A stretch of DNA of 64,000 nucleotides from an uncultured Bordetella sp. (lineage in GTDB: Bacteria > Pseudomonadota > Gammaproteobacteria > Burkholderiales > SG8-41). The notes under the pieces were generated by a model, which had not been told where the DNA came from, searched no databases, and saw nothing but the letters and a program-made list of their open reading frames with translations. Where the stretch lies: NCBI GenBank assembly GCA_964486865.1, contig CAZAOZ010000004.1:38602-102601 (forward strand), read 5' to 3'. The first letter of the stretch is position 1. Each line of letters opens with the position of its first letter. A program made the position numbers and the translations under genes. This document shows positions 56,795-64,000 of the stretch, in pieces.

Positions 56795-57862
56795 TCAGGG
56801 GCGGACAACCTCGAATACGTCATGTTGCTCGACGTGGAACTGCATGCCCTTCGGCCGCGGCAGGATGGGCGACTGCGCATATCCGCCGACCAGATGGAAA
56901 CGGTTCCCCAGCGCCGCACCCGCGATGCCGTGGCGCGGAATGGGCATCGACGGCAATTTCTCCCAGCGGTTGGTGGCAGGGTCATAGACCTCAAGAGCGC
57001 GAAACGCCGCGAAATACTCGGGGGTCTGAGCCTCGCCGCCCGCGACGTAAATTTTGTCGCCAATGACGGCATACGCTACGCCGCTGCGTGGCGTCGGCAT
57101 CGGCGCCTTGAGCGCCCATACGTCGGTGGCTGGATCGTATTCCTGTACGAGATCCGTATTGCTGGGCACGGCCGTTATGAATGCGGATCCGAGACGTCCG
57201 CCGATGACGTAGACCTTGCCATTGACGGCACCGATCGCTACGTGGTTTCGAGCCACCGGCATCGATACCCGGGTGCGCCAGGTATTCGTAGCCGGATCGT
57301 ATTCCTCCACCGTGCCCAGCGACCGGTTGGGGCGCAACGGATGCACGGGGCGGCTGTCCCCCTCGAGCGGCGCCGCACCGCCGACGACGTAAATCTTCCC
57401 GTTGACCACGGCAGCGGCCGCCGCACCTCGCGCCGTGGGCATCGGCGCCAGCTCCGTCCACACATCGGTTGCCGGATCGTAGCGCCACGCGCTGTTGATC
57501 GTGACCCAAGCGGGCGGGCCCGACTGCGGGAGCATGAAGCCGCCGAACAGGTAGATCTTTCCGTCCAGCACCGTAATGGCGTTGTGGTGCATGGGCTTCG
57601 GCATCGGCTTGCGCGCTGTCCAGACGTTCGCCTGCGGGTCATATGCATACACGACACCGGTCGGTTGCCACAGGGGCTTGATGCCGCCCATGACATAGAG
57701 CTTGCCATCGACCACTGCGCCGCCCGGTTCCTCCGAGGGGTCGGGGTACGGTGCCAGCAATATCCACTTGCCGTCGACAGCGACGGCCGGTGCAGCCCAT
57801 CCAGCCACCAGCACCACACTCGCGACCAGGCTGCAAACCAATTTGCGCACACGTTGCATCAT
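56795..57862 (-). CDS. exported Kelch-repeat protein
   Basis: Six repeats of the form ...GKIYV.GG...YDPATN.W....PMP..R. Start at MMQRVRK preceded by GGAGGAG. Confidence 0.8.
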   Translation of the reverse strand: MMQRVRKLVCSLVASVVLVAGWAAPAVAVDGKWILLAPYPDPSEEPGGAVVDGKLYVMGGIKPLWQPTGVVYAYDPQANVWTARKPMPKPMHHNAITVLDGKIYLFGGFMLPQSGPPAWVTINSAWRYDPATDVWTELAPMPTARGAAAAAVVNGKIYVVGGAAPLEGDSRPVHPLRPNRSLGTVEEYDPATNTWRTRVSMPVARNHVAIGAVNGKVYVIGGRLGSAFITAVPSNTDLVQEYDPATDVWALKAPMPTPRSGVAYAVIGDKIYVAGGEAQTPEYFAAFRALEVYDPATNRWEKLPSMPIPRHGIAGAALGNRFHLVGGYAQSPILPRPKGMQFHVEQHDVFEVVRP

Positions 57863-58044
57863 GAAATTCTCCTCCGCCTGTTGTCTTCTGTCGATACCAG
57901 CTTGCAGCGCTTCCTGAGCGGCATCCGGCGCATGGCACACGTCAGGGCGCCCGCCCCGTGCTTGCCGGAAGCCGGGCAACCAATGGGCGATCACCACCGC
58001 AGGTGCAACACGTGTCAAGCGCCGACGCACCGCTCACGGTGGCA

Positions 58045-59070
58045 TCATCGCACGATCTTGCGCGCAATCACCACGTTGTCGAGCACCAGGTTCTGCGACC
58101 AGATCCAGCGCGCGCCGGCGAAGAGATCGGGGTAGCGTGTGTAACCCGGCATGTTATTGACACCTATGTCGTCGTCGGTGAACTCCCACGCGCGCGGCCA
58201 GTTCAAGTCGTTGAATCTGGGGGATTGCCAGTTGGCGGGGATCGGGTAATGCACCGCGTAGCACTTGTCTTGGCAATCGGGCTTTCTGGCAAAGGGGTGC
58301 ATGCGCCCGCCGAGGTTGGGCGTATCGTGAACGTTGCCGCGCTCGACGACCTCTTTCGGATCCATGAGCGGCGCAATATAGAACGACTGCGCCTTCCACG
58401 AGCTGTCGGTCACCGTGCCGTCGCTGAACCTCGCGATCAGGCCACCGTCACCCGGATGCCACGGATTGCCCTTGGGTCCGCGGGGAAAGCGTTCCATGCT
58501 CAGGCCGGGATGTTCTTCCCAGTCCACGAGCAGGAATGCGAGCGTATAGGGCCGCTTCGCCTTGAACTTCACTATCGTCGAGTTGAACGGCGAATACGGC
58601 ATGTTGTCGACCGACACCAGCTTGCCGTTCACATACATCTCGTAATAGTTATCCGCCATGATGAAACCCGTGATGACCTCGCCGTCGCGGTCCACCTCGA
58701 TAACCGGCACCTTGTCGGTCAAGACCTCGGCCGAGTTCTTCGGCGTGACCCGGTTGCACTCGTTGTAGAGATCGGATGCCAAAGGCCCGATGCGCTTCTG
58801 CAGGGCGGTCTCCGCGGGCACCGTGATAACGGTGCCGTCGGTGGCGGTGATCTGCGCAACCGCGCTGATGCGGTGCGTACTCACTTTCGCTGCACACTCA
58901 TGCAGATTCTCGATAATGACGTTTGCCCGCCCCTGCGTGACCATACGCTTGTACGATGTATTGTCGGGATCGAGACCCTCCGCCCCGGTATGAGCGGTGT
59001 TCTGGCATCCGGCGATCAACGCGCCGCAGATCAGAACCAACCCTGCATCCCGAGCAGCTGTCACGGCCAC
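58045..59070 (-). CDS. hypothetical lipoprotein
   Basis: Lipobox LIAGC near the N-terminus, 341 aa. No family recognised. Confidence 0.55.
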   Translation of the reverse strand: MAVTAARDAGLVLICGALIAGCQNTAHTGAEGLDPDNTSYKRMVTQGRANVIIENLHECAAKVSTHRISAVAQITATDGTVITVPAETALQKRIGPLASDLYNECNRVTPKNSAEVLTDKVPVIEVDRDGEVITGFIMADNYYEMYVNGKLVSVDNMPYSPFNSTIVKFKAKRPYTLAFLLVDWEEHPGLSMERFPRGPKGNPWHPGDGGLIARFSDGTVTDSSWKAQSFYIAPLMDPKEVVERGNVHDTPNLGGRMHPFARKPDCQDKCYAVHYPIPANWQSPRFNDLNWPRAWEFTDDDIGVNNMPGYTRYPDLFAGARWIWSQNLVLDNVVIARKIVR

Positions 59071-59304
59071 TTTTCGATTACCAAAAATGATGCCCCCCCT
59101 CTTATGGTTTCCCGCACGCCGCGCGCCGCGGAATCTGGGGTTCCGCTTCCGGCAGTTACGGTTGGTGCGGACCAGCTTAACCGAGCGCTATGCCGGAGGC
59201 AAGCTGCGCGCGGCGGCACCGGGTCCTCAGTACGAGAGCAGGCCGCGGCAGACGTCTTACGTTTATAATTTCGGACTTTTCCCGCATTCCCCGCGACACC
59301 CTCC

Positions 59305-59784
59305 ATGCTGATCAAATTCACGCTCAACGGCGACCCCGTCGAGGTCCATCTGAAATCCGCCGACCGGCTGCTGGTCGATGTGCTGCGCGAAGACCTGCAG
59401 CTCACCGGCACCAAACACGGCTGCGGCATCGGCGCCTGCGGCACCTGCACCGTCATCGTCAATGATCAGCCGGTGTCCTCCTGCCTGCAACTCGCGGCGC
59501 TGTGCGACGGCGCCAATATCCGCACCGTCGAAGGCCTGGCCGGGGCCGGCGCGCTGCACCCGGTGCAGCAGGCTTTCGTCAACAAGTCGGCACTGCAATG
59601 CGGCATCTGCATTCCGGGGCATGTGATGCAGTGCGTGTCGCTGCTGGGGAAAAATCCGAACCCCACCGACGAAGACATCCGAAAAAGCGTGGACAGCGTC
59701 TATTGCCGCTGCACCGGCTACGTGAAAATCATCGATGCCTACCGCGAGGCCATCGCGCTGCTCAAAAAGGCGGGCAAGGCATGA
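59305..59784 (+). CDS. (2Fe-2S)-binding subunit of a molybdenum hydroxylase (CoxS/XdhC-type small subunit)
   Basis: CGIGACGTCTV and QCGICIPG...CRCTGY cluster motifs. Confidence 0.9.
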   Translation: MLIKFTLNGDPVEVHLKSADRLLVDVLREDLQLTGTKHGCGIGACGTCTVIVNDQPVSSCLQLAALCDGANIRTVEGLAGAGALHPVQQAFVNKSALQCGICIPGHVMQCVSLLGKNPNPTDEDIRKSVDSVYCRCTGYVKIIDAYREAIALLKKAGKA

Positions 59785-62700
59785 ACACCCGCGACCGCGC
59801 TCTGCGTGACCCCAAATTCACCGCCGGCCTGCTGGTCGTCGGCAAGGATGTGCCGCGCACCGATGCCGTGCCCAAAGTCACCGGCGCCGCCCAGTATGTC
59901 GCCGACCTGCACCTGCCCGGCATGCTGCATGCCGCCGTGCTGCGCAGCCCGCATCCCAACGCGCGCATCCTGTCCATCGACACCAGCGCCGCGCGCGCGA
60001 TGCCCGGCGTCAAGGCGGTGGTCACCGGCGAGGACACCGCGAAACGCAAATGGGGCGCGTTCCGCCCCGACCTGTATCCGCTGGCCATCGGCCGCGTGCG
60101 CTACGTCGGCGACGAAATCGCCGCCGTCGCCGCCACCGATCCGGAAACCGCGCGCGCCGCGGTGGATCGCATCGTCGTCCAGTATGAAGTGCTGCCCGGC
60201 GTGTTCTCGCTCGACGAGGCCATGGCGCCCGGCGCGCCGCTGGTGCATGACGATGCGCCCGGCAACATTGCGCACGAATTTGCTTTCGAACGCGGCGAAG
60301 TCGATGCCGGCTTCAAGGCGTCCGCTGTGATCATTGAGGGCACCTGGGATTCGGTGCGCCAATGGCACAGCGCGCTGGAGACCATCGGCTGCGTCGCGCA
60401 CTGGACCGGCGGCCGTGTATCCATGTGGTGCAACACCCAGACGCCGTTTCTCGCCCGCGGCCGCTATGCCATCGCGCTCGGCGTGCCGGAGTCGCAGGTG
60501 CGGGTGATCCAGACCGAAGTCGGCGGCGGTTTCGGCGGCAAATCCGGCGACGACAACGGCTCGGTGATCGCCGCGATACTCGCGCGGAAGAGCGGCAAGC
60601 CGGTCAAGCTGATCCACACCCGCGAAGAGGAATTTCTCGCCAGCCACCCGCGCATGCCCATGCGCTACTGGGTGCGCCTCGGCTTCTCGAAGGCCGGCAA
60701 GGTGCTGGCCAAGGAAATCCGCATGTGGGCGGACAACGGCGCCTACACCGGCAAGTCGCAGGCCATACTCGGCGCAGCCACGGTGCGCCACGACGCGCTG
60801 TACAAATATCCCTGCGCCCGCGCCAAATCGACGCTGGTCTATACCAATCTGGTCCCCACCGGCGCCTTCCGCGGCTTCGGCAATCCGTCGGCCGACTGGG
60901 CGGTGGAACAGGCCTGGGATCTCGCCGCCGAAAAACTGGACATGGATGTGGTCGATCTGCTGCGCCTGAACGCAGTCGAGGAAGGCGATGTTTCGCCGCA
61001 CAATCACAAGGTCACCAGTTGCGAGCTGCGGCAATGCATCGACAAGGCCGCGGAGCTGATCCACTGGAACGACAGGAAAAAAGAAAAAAAAGCGGATCGC
61101 GGTCTCGGCATGGGCTGCAGCGTGCACGTCAACGGCCGCCGCAGTTTCGGCGACTGGGACGGCAGCACGGCCATTGTGCGCATCAATGAAGACGGCCGCG
61201 CGACCATCATCACCGGCGAGGGCGAAATCGGCCAAGGCACGCTGACCGTGCTGCGGCAGATCGCCGCCGAGGAACTGGGCCTGCCCTACGAAGACGTGGA
61301 TATCACCCGCCCCGACACCGATATACATCCGCATTCGCTGGGCGCACTGGCGAGCCGCGTGACTTATGTCGCCGGCAACGCCGTCAAACTCGCCGCGGCC
61401 GCCGCGCACAAACAACTGATGGCCGCAGCCGCAGAACAATTCAAACGTCCGGTGGATGAGCTGACCATCATCAACGGCCAGATCGGCCCGCGTAATGGCG
61501 CGGAAACCGAATTCAAGCCAGTCAGCGCCATTGTGCGCGCCAATATCTACAAGCGCGGCGGCGAGGCCATCCTCGGCGTCGGCAACTGGGACAACCCCTC
61601 GGACTTTCCGGACCACAGCCGTTTCGGCAATGAATCCGGCTCGTACAACTTCGCGGCGCAGGCGGTGGCCGTCGAAGTCGATCGCGGCACCGGCCAGGTG
61701 CTGCTGCAGGAAATCGCCGCGGCGGTCGATTGCGGCACGGTGATCCATCCCTCCGCCGCGCAGGGTCAGGTCGAAGGTGCGGTGACGCAGGGCATCGGCC
61801 TGGCGATGATCGAGCACTTCGACTGGTATAACGGCGCGCCTACCGATCCGCAGTTCATCGACTACCCGCTGCCGTCGGCGGATTTCGTACCGAAAATCCA
61901 TGTCGCGTTCGCCGACTCGTACGAGCCTTCCGGCCCCTTCGGCGCCAAGGGCTTGGGTGAAATCGGCCTCGACGCCATTCCCGCGGCCATCGCCAATGCC
62001 ATCGCCGATGCCGTCGGCGTGCGCATTCACGCCCTGCCGATCACCGCGGAAAAAATCCACCGCGCGCTGCATCCTGATTTGTATGCCGATGAAAAGATCA
62101 CGCCGCCCGCCGCACCCAAAGGCAGCACCTGGACGCGGCTGTCGTCCGGCAAACCCTCGGGCACCCGGCCGTTCAAGCCGGAACTGCTGCTGCCGAAAAC
62201 GGTGGATGAAGCCGTTGCGCTCTACGCCGCGGGCGACACCGCCATCGTTTCCGGCGGCATGTCGCATGCGCTGCGGCGCGAGCGCACCGGTTTCCCGCAG
62301 GCTAAACGCCTGCTCTACACCGGGCGCATACCGGAATTGCTGCAGGCCGGCATCGACGGCAAAGGCATGCTGCGCGCCGGTTCGGCGGTCAACCAGCAGA
62401 CCTTGTTCGAATTGCCGGAACTGCGCGCGCGCTGGGCAGCCATCGCCGAAGCGCTGGATGCCGCCGGGCACACGCGCGTGCGGCACATGACCACCGTGGG
62501 CGGCTGCATCGGCCCGCTGATCGGCGGTTTCGATTTCCCGGTCGCGCTGCTGGCCGTCAACGGCCGCGTCACGGTCGCCTCACCCCGGGGCTCGCGCACG
62601 CTGCGGCTGGCGGAAGCATTCGAGCAGCGTTTCGCCAAGGATGAAATCGTCATCGCCGTCGAGGCCGATGCCCTGCCGGCGCGCACCGGCTCGTCATTCT

Positions 62701-63020
62701 TCAAGTTCATGCCTCGCGGCGTACTGGAAACGCCGGCGGTCAATGCCGCGGCCTGCGTAACGCTGGACGCCGCGGGCAAATGCACCGCTGCGCGCCTCGT
62801 CGTCGGCTCGGTCAGCTGGAAGCCGATCCTGCCGAACCTCGATGCACTGACCGGCACGACGTTCGACGAAGCGCGGATCCGTGCCGCGGTCAAGCCGGTG
62901 CGCACGCTCGCCGAACCCATGGCCAACGTGCGCGGCTCGGCAATGTACAAGCGCAACATGGCCGTCGAAATCGGCGCGCGGATGTTACTGCTGGCTTGGC
63001 AGAGAGCGGAAGGCAAGTGA
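59781..63020 (+). CDS. molybdopterin-dependent hydroxylase large subunit fused to a FAD-binding (CoxM-like) subunit
   Basis: Start MNTRDRAL overlaps the small-subunit stop (ATGA). VPKVTGAAQYVADL, GGGFGGK and GAKGLGE mark the MoCo subunit. After a roughly 35-aa linker comes a CoxM-like part (PKTVDEAVALY...SGGMSH...TVGGCIG...AMYKRNMA). Confidence 0.82.
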   Translation: MNTRDRALRDPKFTAGLLVVGKDVPRTDAVPKVTGAAQYVADLHLPGMLHAAVLRSPHPNARILSIDTSAARAMPGVKAVVTGEDTAKRKWGAFRPDLYPLAIGRVRYVGDEIAAVAATDPETARAAVDRIVVQYEVLPGVFSLDEAMAPGAPLVHDDAPGNIAHEFAFERGEVDAGFKASAVIIEGTWDSVRQWHSALETIGCVAHWTGGRVSMWCNTQTPFLARGRYAIALGVPESQVRVIQTEVGGGFGGKSGDDNGSVIAAILARKSGKPVKLIHTREEEFLASHPRMPMRYWVRLGFSKAGKVLAKEIRMWADNGAYTGKSQAILGAATVRHDALYKYPCARAKSTLVYTNLVPTGAFRGFGNPSADWAVEQAWDLAAEKLDMDVVDLLRLNAVEEGDVSPHNHKVTSCELRQCIDKAAELIHWNDRKKEKKADRGLGMGCSVHVNGRRSFGDWDGSTAIVRINEDGRATIITGEGEIGQGTLTVLRQIAAEELGLPYEDVDITRPDTDIHPHSLGALASRVTYVAGNAVKLAAAAAHKQLMAAAAEQFKRPVDELTIINGQIGPRNGAETEFKPVSAIVRANIYKRGGEAILGVGNWDNPSDFPDHSRFGNESGSYNFAAQAVAVEVDRGTGQVLLQEIAAAVDCGTVIHPSAAQGQVEGAVTQGIGLAMIEHFDWYNGAPTDPQFIDYPLPSADFVPKIHVAFADSYEPSGPFGAKGLGEIGLDAIPAAIANAIADAVGVRIHALPITAEKIHRALHPDLYADEKITPPAAPKGSTWTRLSSGKPSGTRPFKPELLLPKTVDEAVALYAAGDTAIVSGGMSHALRRERTGFPQAKRLLYTGRIPELLQAGIDGKGMLRAGSAVNQQTLFELPELRARWAAIAEALDAAGHTRVRHMTTVGGCIGPLIGGFDFPVALLAVNGRVTVASPRGSRTLRLAEAFEQRFAKDEIVIAVEADALPARTGSSFFKFMPRGVLETPAVNAAACVTLDAAGKCTAARLVVGSVSWKPILPNLDALTGTTFDEARIRAAVKPVRTLAEPMANVRGSAMYKRNMAVEIGARMLLLAWQRAEGK

Positions 63021-63115
63021 TGAGCGCGGAGTGATGAGTGATGAACGAAAAACCAGCCACTGCCGCACTCCGCTCATCACTCATCACTCATCACTCATCA
63101 CTCATAACTCATCAC
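63017..63115. repeat. REP family 1 full hairpin (GTGATGA heptads)
   Basis: gtgatgagcgcggagtgatgagtgatgaacg ... actccgctcatcactcatcactcatcactcatcactcataactcatcacc. Confidence 0.8.
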
Positions 63116-63127
63116 CAGGGTTTATTA

Positions 63128-63940
63128 ATGGTTGACCGCTTCAAAACCTCGGATGGTTGCGACATCGCCTACACCCTGCACCACGGCCCCGGCGCCGCCG
63201 CGCCGCGGGTCGCGCTGGTGCATTCGCTGGCACTGGACCGCAGCATCTGGAACGGTGTGGTGCAGGCGCTGTCCGGTGAAGTGCAAATCCTCACCTTCGA
63301 CTGTCGCGGTCATGGCCAGTCGGGTCAGCCGCTGACGACCTACACCCCGCAGCTCTTCGCGCGCGATCTCGCGGAACTGATGGATCATGTGCAATGGCCC
63401 GCCGCCGTCGTTGCCGGCTGCTCGATGGGCGGTATGGTGGCCCAGGCCTTCGCCATCGACTACCCGCAGCGCACCAACGGACTCGCGCTGATCGACACCA
63501 CTGCCTGGTACGGCACTGACGCGCCGCAAACCTGGCGCGAGCGCGGCGCCACCGGCAAACAAAAGGGCATGGGCGCGCTGGTTGATTTCCAGACCGGGCG
63601 CTGGTTCGGCGATGCTTTTCGCGCCGCGGCTACGGAGACTGTCGGGAAGCTGGTTAAGGTATTCCTCGCCAACAATCCCGATTGTTATGTAAAGACCTGC
63701 GAGATGCTGGGTGATGCCGATCTGCGCGCGGCGCTGTCAAGGATCAGGGTGCCGACCGCGGTGGTCGTCGGTGAAGAAGACTACGCCACGCCGGTCGCCA
63801 TGGCCGAAGCGCTGCACCGGGCCATCGCCGGCTCGACGCTGACAGTGATTCCCGGTGGCCGCCACATCACGCCGACCGAAAAGCCGCAGGACATCGCCGC
63901 GCGCCTGCGCGAAGTCATCACCCGGAGCACAGCCGCATGA
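63128..63940 (+). CDS. alpha/beta hydrolase (3-oxoadipate enol-lactonase-like)
   Basis: VALVHSLALD, nucleophile elbow GCSMGG, and C-terminal GGRHI. The track N-terminus (ITHHSSL...) is REP translation. Confidence 0.85.
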   Translation: MVDRFKTSDGCDIAYTLHHGPGAAAPRVALVHSLALDRSIWNGVVQALSGEVQILTFDCRGHGQSGQPLTTYTPQLFARDLAELMDHVQWPAAVVAGCSMGGMVAQAFAIDYPQRTNGLALIDTTAWYGTDAPQTWRERGATGKQKGMGALVDFQTGRWFGDAFRAAATETVGKLVKVFLANNPDCYVKTCEMLGDADLRAALSRIRVPTAVVVGEEDYATPVAMAEALHRAIAGSTLTVIPGGRHITPTEKPQDIAARLREVITRSTAA

Positions 63941-64000
63941 ACACCGCGAAACCGCGCTGTCTCGACATCCACGCCCACCACGTCGGCAAACCGCTGGTGG
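63937..64000 (+). CDS. partial ORF, possibly amidohydrolase family (N-terminus only)
   Basis: ATGA overlap with the previous stop. MNTAKPRCLDIHAHHVGKPLV contains the (D)IHAH metal motif common at amidohydrolase N-termini. Only 21 codons are visible. Confidence 0.35.
   Translation, partial: MNTAKPRCLDIHAHHVGKPLV

Noticed and set aside
59739-62486. 915-aa minus-strand ORF. Similar long antisense ORFs occur at 46..1056, 7182..8702, 20277..21524, 50633..51850, 56822..58135 and 57958..59268.
   Set aside because: Their translations are Arg/Ala/Gly/His-rich low-complexity sequences with no motifs. They lie exactly opposite genes with clear family signatures. Long stop-free antisense frames are expected at about 65-70% GC.
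63017-63115. Heptad repeat arrays considered as a CRISPR array or coding repeats (ITHHSSL).
   Set aside because: The units are 7 nt with no spacers, arranged as inverted arms of a hairpin, and they recur in intergenic positions. This is not CRISPR and is unlikely to be translated.

Overview
High-GC (roughly 65-70% by spot counts) chromosomal segment, probably from a betaproteobacterium. That placement is inferred from Bug/TctC-family binding proteins, the pcnB-folK-dNK-panBC and rpmG-rpmB-radC-coaBC-dut syntenies, and a class I PHA synthase next to a phasin. Most of the window is ordinary housekeeping and accessory metabolism: queA, phaC and phasin, tRNA-Leu(CAA), panBC, folK, pcnB, hda, purMN, rpmBG, radC, coaBC, dut, pcm, phoD, hslR, several radical SAM, HDAC and hydrolase genes, and a molybdenum hydroxylase locus at the right end. 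I found no rRNA, CRISPR array, transposase, integrase or recognisable defence system. The best candidate for something undescribed is a visibly lower-GC islet at about 33.4-41.7 kb. It holds eight co-directional minus-strand genes. Six encode signal-peptide proteins, mostly cysteine-rich and without a family I can name. Two of them share a six-cysteine C-terminal module. The other two genes are tandemly duplicated small CxxC...CxxC proteins. The islet also carries a domain-deleted Bug-like protein and a duplicated gene-junction module (conserved C-terminal tail, ATGA overlap, next start). Beyond the islet, three families of intergenic hairpin (REP-like) repeats are scattered through the window and create false N-terminal extensions in the ORF track. 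The Mo-hydroxylase large subunit appears fused to its FAD subunit. purN appears to start at CTG. All family assignments come from reading the translations by eye; no database search was run.
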